The notes under the pieces: generated by a model | What the model was told of the DNA's origin: nothing | What the model saw: only the letters and a program-made list of their open reading frames with translations | The model's database searches: none | Position numbers and translations under genes: made by a program | In this document: positions 31,732 to 41,343 of the stretch, one piece after another | How positions within the stretch are numbered: the stretch's first letter is position 1 | How the letters are laid out: the number at the start of each line of letters is the position of its first letter | IMG/VR virus record: IMGVR_UViG_3300025401_000648 | Origin: a virus | Lineage: Duplodnaviria; Caudoviricetes | DNA length: 64,000 nucleotides | Strand: one strand, 5' to 3'

Positions 31732-32331
31732 ATGAAAACTTTTAAAGAATATCTATCTGAATCTGTTGCTACACGCAAACACGAATTTCGTGTTAAGGTG
31801 GCTGGAGAATTTAGCGCGGATCAAGAATCAAAATTAAAATCAATGCTTGAACGTTTCCAAGTAGATGCTTTTAAAAAATTAAAAACTACCCCCGTCCAAA
31901 GTCTTCCACTAGACTTCCCGCAAGTACGTAACTGTGAAGTTACAATTTTTGAAGTTACATTGGATTATCCAACAACGCAACAGGAACTTAGAGAATATCT
32001 AAGTTCTGGTTTACAGATTAATCCAAAAATGTTGGCTGTGGTTCGTCCAGGCGAACCTAGCGAGCAATATCAAGAACCCGTAGTAGAACGCACTACTGCT
32101 TTGCTACATGATCCTGATTACAAAGAAGCCGGCAATCCAAATTTTGACGACTACTATGGTAGCAAATACAATAGTGGATTTGTAAAAGAATTGAATGACC
32201 TTTTAAAATTACAACGCAAAGTTCGTGGAGAAGTTATTCCTGAAGGTGAAGTCAGTCCTATCATGAGTAACGAAGAACAGCCATCGCACAGTCCAATCGC
32301 ACAAACGGACTATGATCCAAGGAAGAAATAA
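31732..32331 (+). CDS. Hypothetical head-region protein
   Basis: TAAATA 7 nt upstream; MKTFKEYLSES N-terminus resembles T4-type internal head protein leaders. Confidence 0.55.
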   Translation: MKTFKEYLSESVATRKHEFRVKVAGEFSADQESKLKSMLERFQVDAFKKLKTTPVQSLPLDFPQVRNCEVTIFEVTLDYPTTQQELREYLSSGLQINPKMLAVVRPGEPSEQYQEPVVERTTALLHDPDYKEAGNPNFDDYYGSKYNSGFVKELNDLLKLQRKVRGEVIPEGEVSPIMSNEEQPSHSPIAQTDYDPRKK

Positions 32332-32332
32332 T

Positions 32333-33403
32333 ATGCAAATGATCGACGTACTAAAGCGTTTGGCCGAACTAGACGCAAATAATCCAAATATAATTAAAGA
32401 ATCACAGGCCGTTGAAGAATGTGGCCCAATGGGAATGATGAGTTCTCCAGAAGCTCCTAAAACTCCTGCTACTATCAACATTACTGCTGGCAGTGGTGAA
32501 GAATTGAGTGGTATGTTGGCTGCTATCATGAAACTTGCTGGTGTAGAGAAAGTCGGCGACGAACACATGGGCGTGGAACATGAGCCAGCAATCATGACAG
32601 CTGAGCCAAGTGTGGGTGTTATGCCTTCCGCAGGTGATGACATGCGTAGCGTATTGGATAAATTAAATCCAGAAGATAGCGAAGAGGAAACAGACGAAGG
32701 TATCGCAGACCGTATGTTTGACAACAGCCCTGATGAAGAAGTCGAAGGTCCAAATGCCTTTACTGATCACGGCGACTTAGATAAGAATCCAGCAATGGGT
32801 GGCGATACTGCTAAAAATCATGATACTCGTAGCCGTGTACGCAATCAACCAACTGCTACAATGGAAGAAATCACAGCCAATTTGTTTGATGAATACAAAC
32901 AGTTCATGACTGAAAATATGGACAGCGAAGAATATGTAGCTTGTATTGTTGACTTCAACCGTTCGGGCCGAGCTATAGTAAGAAGAACCAAACCAATTAG
33001 CAAAGAAAGAGCGGAAGAAATTATTGCAAATACTAAGGCAAAAAATACATTTGTACATCCACCATTTATGACGATCTATCCAGCAAGTGCTGGAAATTTA
33101 GATGGTAGCACTATTATGAGACAGTTTCCAGACATGAGTAAAGAAGACAGCAAAACAGGCACAATGGAAGGCGAAGAATTAGATATTGATAGTTTTACTA
33201 ACGGAAATGAACCAAACTTTACAGGTCGTGACGAAGAAGATTTTGATAAAGCTCAAAAAATGTTTGTAAACTTTCTTAAGAAAAAAGGTAAGGCAGTAGA
33301 TTCAATTAACGATGATGCTTTTCCCGTACTTATAGCAATGTGCCAAGGTCAACCTTGTGCTTGGTATGATCTAGAAAATGCTCATGGATATCTTGCTCCA
33401 TAA
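32333..33403 (+). CDS. Acidic head-region protein (scaffold/internal-protein-like)
   Basis: Very Asp/Glu-rich; start placed at MQMIDVLKRL just after the previous stop. Confidence 0.5.
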   Translation: MQMIDVLKRLAELDANNPNIIKESQAVEECGPMGMMSSPEAPKTPATINITAGSGEELSGMLAAIMKLAGVEKVGDEHMGVEHEPAIMTAEPSVGVMPSAGDDMRSVLDKLNPEDSEEETDEGIADRMFDNSPDEEVEGPNAFTDHGDLDKNPAMGGDTAKNHDTRSRVRNQPTATMEEITANLFDEYKQFMTENMDSEEYVACIVDFNRSGRAIVRRTKPISKERAEEIIANTKAKNTFVHPPFMTIYPASAGNLDGSTIMRQFPDMSKEDSKTGTMEGEELDIDSFTNGNEPNFTGRDEEDFDKAQKMFVNFLKKKGKAVDSINDDAFPVLIAMCQGQPCAWYDLENAHGYLAP

Positions 33404-33425
33404 TCATACTTTAGGATATAATCCC

Positions 33426-33452
33426 AATAGCCTCTTTGGAGGCTATTTTTTT
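33426..33452 (+). terminator. Intrinsic terminator
   Basis: AATAGCCTC-TTTG-GAGGCTATT plus T-run; TAAATA follows at 33456. Confidence 0.85.
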
Positions 33453-33466
33453 CAGTAAATAACATT

Positions 33467-35056
33467 ATGGGCTCAAAGAATCTCGATGGCGTTTTAATAA
33501 AAAAAGCGAATACAACACAAAAATGGACTGAAAAAGATATTCAGGATTTGATGCTATGTCAAGATCCTGTTGAAGGTCCTAAGTATTTTTTAAAAAACTT
33601 TTTCTATATTCAACATGCTACCAGAGGGCAGATAAAATACGATGCCTTTGAATATCAAGACGAACTGTTAGAAAGTTATCATACACATCGTTTCAGTGTA
33701 AACATGCTGGGACGACAGATGGGCAAAACTACCACTGCGGTGGGTTACCTATTATGGTATGCCATGTTTAATGCGGATAGCACTATTTTAATTTGTGCTC
33801 ACAAGTTCTCTGGTGCTCAGGAAATTATGCAACGCCTACGCTATGCCTATGAAACTTGTCCTGACTGGATACGTGCTGGTGTTACCAGTTACAATAAACA
33901 AAGTATTGAATTTGAGAACGGTTCGCGCATTGTGGCACAAACAACCACAGAAACAACAGGTCGTGGTATGTCTATATCCCTGCTATACTGTGACGAGTTT
34001 GCCTATGTTGCTCCTAATATTGCCAGCGAATTCTGGACTTCTATCGCTCCTACACTGGCAACTGGTGGTAAGGCTATTATTACATCAACACCAAATAGTG
34101 ATGAAGACCAATTCGCACAAATTTGGAATGAAGCAAACAAACGCATTGATGAATACGGTAATAGCACAGAATTAGGACGCAACGGCTACTATCCTTATAT
34201 GGCTATTTGGAATCAACATCCAGATCGAGACAAGGTATGGGCTGACGAAATGCGTAGTCAGTTAGGCCCTGAAAGATTCGAACGTGAGCATGAATGTAAA
34301 TTCTTGATCTTTGATGAGACGTTGATCAGCTCAATGTGTTTGTCAAATTTGGAAGGTGAAGAGCCTAAAATGAAAATGGGCCAAGCTCGTTGGTACAAAA
34401 AGATCAATCCGTCAAGCACCTATATCTGTAGTCTAGATCCCAGTTTAGGTACCGGTGGTGACTATGGCGCAATTGAAATAATAGAAATACCCAGTATGGA
34501 TCAAGTGGCAGAATGGCATCATAATCTAACCCCTGTTCAAGCACAGGTTAGAATCATGCGCGACATGCTATTACATATTGACGAAAAATGTAAGAGTGCC
34601 AATGTAACCCCCAGCATTTATTACAGTGTTGAAAATAACACATTAGGGGAAAGTGCCCTAATGGCCATAGAAGCGCTGGGTGAAGAAAGTTTTCCAGGAC
34701 TATTTTTGAGCGAGCCAGTCAAACGTGGGCATGTTCGTAAGTTTAGAAGAGGATTTAATACAACGCACGGCAGTAAAATATCCGCTTGTGCCAAGTTAAA
34801 ACAATTAATTGAAACTAAAAAACTTAAAATTCGTAGCAAGGCATTAATTAGTGAATTAAAAACCTTCATAGGTGAAGGCGTGACATTCAAAGCCAAAGGC
34901 GGCCAGCACGATGATTTGGTTTCCAGCTTACTTTTGGCCATTAGAATGATCATGACCCTACAGGATTGGGATCCAGCAATCTACGACAAAATGCGTGATC
35001 AGGAGGGCTTGGAGGAACATGACTTGCCCATGCCTATTTACATATCCACATATTGA
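33467..35056 (+). CDS. terL: Terminase large subunit (T4 gp17-like)
   Basis: GRQMGKTT Walker A, LLYCDEFA Walker B, TSTPN, SLDPSLGTGGD nuclease start, HDDLV. Confidence 0.95.
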   Translation: MGSKNLDGVLIKKANTTQKWTEKDIQDLMLCQDPVEGPKYFLKNFFYIQHATRGQIKYDAFEYQDELLESYHTHRFSVNMLGRQMGKTTTAVGYLLWYAMFNADSTILICAHKFSGAQEIMQRLRYAYETCPDWIRAGVTSYNKQSIEFENGSRIVAQTTTETTGRGMSISLLYCDEFAYVAPNIASEFWTSIAPTLATGGKAIITSTPNSDEDQFAQIWNEANKRIDEYGNSTELGRNGYYPYMAIWNQHPDRDKVWADEMRSQLGPERFEREHECKFLIFDETLISSMCLSNLEGEEPKMKMGQARWYKKINPSSTYICSLDPSLGTGGDYGAIEIIEIPSMDQVAEWHHNLTPVQAQVRIMRDMLLHIDEKCKSANVTPSIYYSVENNTLGESALMAIEALGEESFPGLFLSEPVKRGHVRKFRRGFNTTHGSKISACAKLKQLIETKKLKIRSKALISELKTFIGEGVTFKAKGGQHDDLVSSLLLAIRMIMTLQDWDPAIYDKMRDQEGLEEHDLPMPIYISTY

Positions 35057-35070
35057 TATAAATACTGGAT

Positions 35071-37194
35071 ATGAAACCTATTCAAATTATTAGCCAAGAT
35101 TTATTCGACAAAGTTCGTAGCCGTTTCTCAAATTTAGAAATGGGCGATGAAACTGGCGCAGTGACTATTGATCCTGCAGAAGCACGTTTCTTTGATTTTG
35201 ACTTTGTTATCGAAGGCAATAACATGGGCCGTGTTAGCATTAGTCTAAACGACCTAGGTAGTTTAAAAGTTTATTACAGCCAAGGTATTACTGAAAATCA
35301 AGATGATCCAATCAAACAACAGTGGTTCCATTTTTTAAAAGAAATGAGATTTTTTGCCATGCGTAGATTGCTACGTTTTGACACACGTGACATTGCCAAA
35401 ACAAATCTTGATAAAAACGATTTTCAACATTTGGCCCAGACACAAGGCCCCAAGGAACAAGAAATGACAACTATGAACGAATCTAGATGGAACAGCAAAA
35501 GTTCTAAAAAAACCAGTCGTGCTGTTCAAGGACGCACAGAAGTTATTGTACGACATGCTCGTCCAGTAGATGAAGAATATGCGGGCAGTCGTTCACAACG
35601 TAAAAATATTAAGGCAATTTTTATTCAAAACGCAGACGGCGAACGTTTTAAATATCCATTTATTCACCCAGCCGGTGCGTTTGCCATGGCACAGCACGTA
35701 GATCACGGTGGAATCCCACATGATGAAGCAGGCAAAGCAATTATTAAAATGAGTGAGCAGATAGCTCAATTAGGCGAATTCCAACGTAAAGTCCACAGCG
35801 CAACGCTACACGATGATGCCACTGGCATCAAAGAACGTGCCTTAGGCCGACTAAATGAATTGAAGGCGCAAGTGGAATGTTTGGGAAAAAGAAACCATTA
35901 CGAAAAATGGATGGAGACTTTTGAAGCTGATCAAGATGCCAGCACCATGATGGAACTTGACAGCGTGACAATGGAAGAATACAAACAAAAATTCACACAA
36001 ACAAAATTTGAAGAAGAACTAACACAATATTTTCCACTTCTACATAGAATTATGAGTGAAACAAATACTGTTGATCTTGAAGATTATGTAAAAGAAGAAA
36101 AAGATGAGGAGTGTGATACATGTCACAAAGCCCCATGTGAATGTGATGACGAACAAGTCAAAGAAGATATTGACGCATTTGAAGAATGGGCCGACGCAAC
36201 TGAGCAAGGCAAATTAACTGATGATGAAATTGAAACATTGAAAACAGCAGTCGAAGATTTACCAGATGGCAAACTACAATTAGGTCCACAAGGGCAAACA
36301 GCATGGCAATTTTTTAGCGAATTAGGTTTAGACTCAAGTGATTTAAAAGATAAATTTTCTAAAATGGCAGATGTAGATGATACCACAAATGCCATGGAAG
36401 TATTCAAAGCATGGGCACAAGAAGATTATCCAGAATTATTGGTAGCATTGGGTATGAGTGGCACTGAGCAACAACCACAATCTAACAAAGAAGAACCAAC
36501 TGCAGAAAATGAAGAAATGGGTGGCATGCCTAACAAAACTATGCCAACTCGTGAAGCAGTTGTTAAAGAAGTTGCCAAATTGGTCAAGAGTCGTTTTAAC
36601 GAAGACAATCCAGATGTAGGTCCATTTAACGGAAAAGAAAATATTGCCTTGGATGTTAAAAAGAAATGTGCCGAAATGTTTGGTGAAGAAGTTGGCGATC
36701 AATGTGAACAGCTAGCAATGGAATTCATGGAAAAACTTTCCAAGAAATGGCAAGAAAAACACGGCAAAGTTGAAGATGATGGTTTGGCAAGATTGAAAGA
36801 ATTGTTGAACAGCGTCAAGGCAAAAGTAGAAAGTATTGGCGACAAAACTGACAACGGTCATGCTCCTGGCAATAATATAATGCCAGCTGAAGAAGGCCTA
36901 GGTGGTAAAATTGCCGCAGGTGCCGCACTATTGGCAGCATTATGGGGTGTTAACAATCACATGGCTAACCAAGCCTATGAAGCAAGCCCACAATTACAAA
37001 AATTAACACAATTTTATCAACAAGCAGAAGCACACCATGATGTGGCCAAAATGAAAGAACTTGAACGTAGAATTGAAGATCACAAACTTCGATTAGATTT
37101 GGGGCATGGCGAAGTTATGGGCAAAGATGGAAGACCAAAAGAAGTCGTTCCAGAAATGGCAGATATTTTGAAGTTATCCGGTTTGGCAAAATAA
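35071..37194 (+). CDS. Large acidic hypothetical protein (707 aa)
   Basis: TATAAATA 35057-35064; conserved-looking N-terminal half and modular acidic C-terminal half ending in ILKLSGLAK. Confidence 0.6.
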   Translation: MKPIQIISQDLFDKVRSRFSNLEMGDETGAVTIDPAEARFFDFDFVIEGNNMGRVSISLNDLGSLKVYYSQGITENQDDPIKQQWFHFLKEMRFFAMRRLLRFDTRDIAKTNLDKNDFQHLAQTQGPKEQEMTTMNESRWNSKSSKKTSRAVQGRTEVIVRHARPVDEEYAGSRSQRKNIKAIFIQNADGERFKYPFIHPAGAFAMAQHVDHGGIPHDEAGKAIIKMSEQIAQLGEFQRKVHSATLHDDATGIKERALGRLNELKAQVECLGKRNHYEKWMETFEADQDASTMMELDSVTMEEYKQKFTQTKFEEELTQYFPLLHRIMSETNTVDLEDYVKEEKDEECDTCHKAPCECDDEQVKEDIDAFEEWADATEQGKLTDDEIETLKTAVEDLPDGKLQLGPQGQTAWQFFSELGLDSSDLKDKFSKMADVDDTTNAMEVFKAWAQEDYPELLVALGMSGTEQQPQSNKEEPTAENEEMGGMPNKTMPTREAVVKEVAKLVKSRFNEDNPDVGPFNGKENIALDVKKKCAEMFGEEVGDQCEQLAMEFMEKLSKKWQEKHGKVEDDGLARLKELLNSVKAKVESIGDKTDNGHAPGNNIMPAEEGLGGKIAAGAALLAALWGVNNHMANQAYEASPQLQKLTQFYQQAEAHHDVAKMKELERRIEDHKLRLDLGHGEVMGKDGRPKEVVPEMADILKLSGLAK

Positions 37195-37206
37195 AATCAA
37201 AATGTA

Positions 37207-37324
37207 GCAAGATAACTCTTGCGGAGATAAATAAAAACGCATATACTAGTTGTATGCGTTTTTTCTTTTATAAGCAGTGTCTTATAAAAGAGTGGCATAA
37301 CATTTATTATTAAGGAAAAACATT
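37207..37324 (+). promoter_or_regulatory. Structured leader of the ssDNA-binding protein gene (three hairpins, nested sigma70 and late promoters)
   Basis: Stems at 37207-37222, 37233-37263 and 37264-37291; TTGCGG-N17-TATACT at 37219-37247; TAAATA at 37228-37233. Confidence 0.6.
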
Positions 37325-38326
37325 ATGGCAACTTTAGCAGAAATCCGCGCGAAGCTTCAAGCTTCATCTCAACAAAACACTGGTAGCGGCGGTGGTGACA
37401 ACGCAATTTTCGCACATTGGAACATTGCAGAAGGACAAACAGCAACAGTCAGATTCCTTCCTGACGCAGACCCAAATAACACTTTTTTCTGGATTGAACG
37501 AGCAATGATCAAATTGCCTTTCGCCGGTGTTAAGGGTGACACAAATTCTAAACCTGTAACTGTACAAGTTCCTTGTATGGAAATGTGGGGTGAGGCTTGT
37601 CCAATTCTACAAGAAGTTCGTCCATGGTTTAAGGACAAGAGCTTGGAAGAAATGGGCCGTAAGTACTGGAAAAAGAAGTCTTACTTGTTCCAAGGTTTGG
37701 TAGTTGATAGCAAACTACAAGAAGACAAAGTACCAGAAAATCCAATTCGCCGCTTTATTATGAGTAGCCAAATCTTCAACATTGTCAAAAACGCATTAAT
37801 GGACAGTGAAATTGAAGAATTGCCAACTGATTATGTTCGTGGCTTGGATTTCAAGATTGCTAAGACCAGCAAGGGCGGTTACGCAGATTACACGACTTCA
37901 AACTGGAGTCGTCGTGAACGTGCTCTAAGCGAACAAGAATTGGCTGCAATCAAGCAGTATGGCTTGTTTGATTTGAAGAGCTTTTTGCCTAAGAAGCCAA
38001 CTGATGTTGAACTCAAGGTTATCAAAGAAATGTTTGAAGCGTCAGTAGACGGTGAAGCATTTGATATGGATCGTTGGGGTCAATACTACAAGCCAGACGG
38101 TATGAAGGGTAACTATGGTGGTAATACTGCCAGCGCACCAGCTAATACTGCTCCAGTGACTAAAGCGGCTCCTGCCCCAGTAGCAGATGACGAAGACGAT
38201 GCTCCGTTTGATGTTGAGCCAACTCCAGTACAAACTAAAGCAAGCGAACCAGCAAACGAACCAGCAAACGGCAATCGTGCGGCAGACATTATCGCAATGA
38301 TTCGCAAACGCAACGAAAACAAATAA
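37325..38326 (+). CDS. Single-stranded DNA-binding protein (T4 gp32-like)
   Basis: VRFLPD, VPCMEMWGEACPI, KYWKK, GLDFKI, YTTSNW and an acidic tail. Confidence 0.88.
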   Translation: MATLAEIRAKLQASSQQNTGSGGGDNAIFAHWNIAEGQTATVRFLPDADPNNTFFWIERAMIKLPFAGVKGDTNSKPVTVQVPCMEMWGEACPILQEVRPWFKDKSLEEMGRKYWKKKSYLFQGLVVDSKLQEDKVPENPIRRFIMSSQIFNIVKNALMDSEIEELPTDYVRGLDFKIAKTSKGGYADYTTSNWSRRERALSEQELAAIKQYGLFDLKSFLPKKPTDVELKVIKEMFEASVDGEAFDMDRWGQYYKPDGMKGNYGGNTASAPANTAPVTKAAPAPVADDEDDAPFDVEPTPVQTKASEPANEPANGNRAADIIAMIRKRNENK

Positions 38327-38371
38327 TTAGGAGATAGACCGTTTAACTAAAAAAATTAAGGAAAGAAAAAA

Positions 38372-39433
38372 ATGGCAAGTCGTTCGTTTGACATTAGTAA
38401 GTTTAGAAAAAGTATCACCAAGTCTATTGATGGGCTTGGTATAGGCTTCAATGATCCGACTGATTGGATCAGCACTGGAAACTACGCTCTTAACTATCTT
38501 ATCTCAGGGGATTTCTTCAAAGGAATTCCTTTGGGTAAAGTAACAGTTTTTGCTGGTGAAAGTGGAGCAGGTAAATCATATATCTGTAGCGGAAATATTA
38601 TTCGTCACGCACAAGAACAAGGCATTTATGTTATCTTAGTTGATAGCGAAAACGCTCTTGATGAAAAGTGGTTACATGATTTAGGTGTAGATACCACTGA
38701 AGAAAAACTACTTAAACTCAACATGGCCATGATTGATGATGTAGCAAAAACTATTTCAGAATTCATGAAAGAGTACAAGGTAATGCCAGAAGAAGAACGT
38801 CCTAAGGTGTTATTTGTGGTTGATTCATTGGGCATGTTGCTTACTCCAACTGATGTAAATCAATTTGAAGCAGGCGAAATGAAAGGTGATATGGGTCGTA
38901 AGCCCAAAGCACTGACCAGTCTTGTTCGTAATTGTGTAAACATGTTTGGCAGTTATAATGTTGGGTTGGTTGCTACAAATCACACATACGCTAGTCAAGA
39001 TATGTTTGATCCAGATGATAAAATCTCTGGAGGACAAGGATTCATTTACGCAAGTTCCATTGTGGTTGCCATGAAGAAGTTGAAGTTGAAAGAAGATGAG
39101 GATGGCAATAAGGTGTCCGAAGTATTAGGTATTCGATCAGCTTGTAAGATCATGAAAACTCGTTATGCTAAACCATTTGAAACTGTACAAGTTAAGATTC
39201 CCTATTCAACAGGTATGGCGCCAACAAGTGGACTAGTTGATCTATTTGAAGCAAAAGGTATATTGACAAAATCAGGTAACAAGTTACAATATACAAGTAA
39301 GGCAACAGGTGAGATCCATGCGTTTTTCCGTAAAGGATGGACTGAGGATAAACTCATGACCATTATGCAAGAATGGGACGAAACCGCATTAACTCCTGCT
39401 GTCGATACAACAAATGAAACTGAGGAAGCATAA
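38372..39433 (+). CDS. uvsX: RecA/UvsX recombinase
   Basis: AGESGAGKS P-loop, VVDSLGML, GDMGRKPKAL, SGGQGFIYASS. Confidence 0.95.
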   Translation: MASRSFDISKFRKSITKSIDGLGIGFNDPTDWISTGNYALNYLISGDFFKGIPLGKVTVFAGESGAGKSYICSGNIIRHAQEQGIYVILVDSENALDEKWLHDLGVDTTEEKLLKLNMAMIDDVAKTISEFMKEYKVMPEEERPKVLFVVDSLGMLLTPTDVNQFEAGEMKGDMGRKPKALTSLVRNCVNMFGSYNVGLVATNHTYASQDMFDPDDKISGGQGFIYASSIVVAMKKLKLKEDEDGNKVSEVLGIRSACKIMKTRYAKPFETVQVKIPYSTGMAPTSGLVDLFEAKGILTKSGNKLQYTSKATGEIHAFFRKGWTEDKLMTIMQEWDETALTPAVDTTNETEEA

Positions 39434-39685
39434 ATGGAAGAAGATTTAATCATTGAAATATGGGATATTTTTAAGGAATATATTTCTGATAAAAATAAAG
39501 AGGTAGCGGCAAATCATTTTGTAGATTTTTTACTGGGCAAAGATGTTGAAACCAGTGTGCTACAATCTGTAATGGGGTATGACTCAAATCTCGATGATGC
39601 TATCAAACTTGTCTTGGAAGATGAAGAAGTAGACGAAGACGAAGGAGACGACAGCGACTACGGATACGAAGACGAGGAATATTAA
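39434..39685 (+). CDS. Hypothetical acidic protein
   Basis: Coupled to uvsX; 83 aa. Confidence 0.6.
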   Translation: MEEDLIIEIWDIFKEYISDKNKEVAANHFVDFLLGKDVETSVLQSVMGYDSNLDDAIKLVLEDEEVDEDEGDDSDYGYEDEEY

Positions 39686-39687
39686 TT

Positions 39688-40143
39688 ATGACTTGGTATG
39701 CTAAAGTCAGTCAAGACATAGCACACCTTCCAGACTGCTTAGACCATTTTTACAATGAACTAGAAAGCGCAAGATCAGAGGTCAAAATCTACGGAAACGT
39801 GGAAAAGGCCTCTGCGTCTTTGCCTGGAATAGTTGAACAAAGATTTAATCAACTTCAAGAAATTGAAGCCATATTGGAATATCTTAACATTGAGCTACGT
39901 AGAATTCGTACAAAAACTTTTAGAAAATATCTAGAACATTATAATCGAGATCTAAGTAGTAGAGACTGTGAAAAGTTTGTAGAAGGTGAAGCAGACGTTA
40001 TTGACATGGAAAAAGTCATCAACGAATTTGCTATGTTGAGAAATCAATGGCTAGGAATCATCAAAGGTTTGGATATTAAACAATGGCAATTGGGTAATAT
40101 CATCAAACTACGTGCGGCAGGTCTTGAAGATATTTCACTGTGA
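39688..40143 (+). CDS. uvsY: UvsY recombination mediator
   Basis: YLEHYNRDLSSRDCEKFVEGE, KGLDIKQWQLGNIIKLRAAG. Confidence 0.85.
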   Translation: MTWYAKVSQDIAHLPDCLDHFYNELESARSEVKIYGNVEKASASLPGIVEQRFNQLQEIEAILEYLNIELRRIRTKTFRKYLEHYNRDLSSRDCEKFVEGEADVIDMEKVINEFAMLRNQWLGIIKGLDIKQWQLGNIIKLRAAGLEDISL

Positions 40144-40152
40144 GTGTATAAT
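40124..40152 (+). promoter_or_regulatory. sigma70-type promoter TTGAAG-N17-TATAAT
   Basis: Lies in the end of uvsY; ATG 40159 is 6 nt after the -10 box. Confidence 0.6.
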
Positions 40153-40158
40153 AATATT

Positions 40159-41343
40159 ATGTATATAGAAGACCTAATTCAAGCTCTAGTATCTTGTCCA
40201 GCAAGGTTAAATTTGTGGGATCACAAAGTAGCCGTTAGCTTTTCTGACCAAATTTTTCAACTTACAGGGTTTACTGAAAAGCAAGCCGCTCTTGCTTTGA
40301 AGATTTTACAAAAACATACGGGTGCGCTATCTGCTTTTATGAATACCGATGTAAAACCACTTATTGAAAATCCAAAATACAGATTGACAATTAGAAAAAC
40401 CGTAACAGCTCGTAGTATTAAAATTATAGACCATGAAACTTTGAATAAATCTATTGAAGTTAAGTTTCCCTACGATGAATCATTAATAGATAAAATTAAA
40501 AAGTTCAAAAGTGTGGCTGGAAATACCGCAACTTGGGATAAAGACAGTACTGCCTGGATTTTTCCACTAAATGAAAATAATATCAGTTTTTTATCGTCAC
40601 TAGCATCTGATGTAAATTTTGATTTTGATGAAGATTTTCAAAAATATGTAGACGAGGCAGATAAAATTGTTAACGAAATGGAAAAATATGCTCCTACGTT
40701 AGCAATACATGACGGAGACTTAAAAATACTGAATTCTCCAAAAAATATGCCAGAAATTGATACCGACGATATCGTTGAAGCAATTTTCCAAGCAAGGAAA
40801 TATGGTGTTACACTATGGGATGAATATATCGACCAGTATATTTCCAGTGAAGAATTTGATCCTGTACTACGTGATTTTTTAAAAAATAATTACGCTTTTC
40901 CAACCCGGTTGAAAGCTGAAAATACCGACATTTTTTGTCTGGAACAGATCGTAAAATATCTATCTCCGTGTTTATTCATCATTCCTGGTGGAAATGAACT
41001 GGCTAAAATTACACAGGCACATACCCTACTAAAGGGTATGAATGTGGATAGTAAAAACATGAGTGTTTTGTTCAGATTATCGACAGAAAATGGGCGAAAT
41101 TTTAACGATTTTGTCAAAAATCAGGCAATAAATGGGCCAATTCATGACGATACTAAAATAGTGTTTGTTAGCGGTAAACTACCAAAAACAGTTATTAAAT
41201 CAGGAATTAAATTTAATAGTATTATTAACATGGGATATACCATGGCGCATTATACTCTTAAAGAATTCACAAAAAATCATCAAAATTCCATATATTTTGA
41301 TGTTAAAATAAAAGCACAGGGATTTGACTTTGACGACTTGTAA
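40159..41343 (+). CDS. Hypothetical protein upstream of uvsW
   Basis: Long AT-rich ORF; IEVKFPYD and WDKDSTAW resemble helicase-associated N-terminal domains. Confidence 0.55.
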   Translation: MYIEDLIQALVSCPARLNLWDHKVAVSFSDQIFQLTGFTEKQAALALKILQKHTGALSAFMNTDVKPLIENPKYRLTIRKTVTARSIKIIDHETLNKSIEVKFPYDESLIDKIKKFKSVAGNTATWDKDSTAWIFPLNENNISFLSSLASDVNFDFDEDFQKYVDEADKIVNEMEKYAPTLAIHDGDLKILNSPKNMPEIDTDDIVEAIFQARKYGVTLWDEYIDQYISSEEFDPVLRDFLKNNYAFPTRLKAENTDIFCLEQIVKYLSPCLFIIPGGNELAKITQAHTLLKGMNVDSKNMSVLFRLSTENGRNFNDFVKNQAINGPIHDDTKIVFVSGKLPKTVIKSGIKFNSIINMGYTMAHYTLKEFTKNHQNSIYFDVKIKAQGFDFDDL

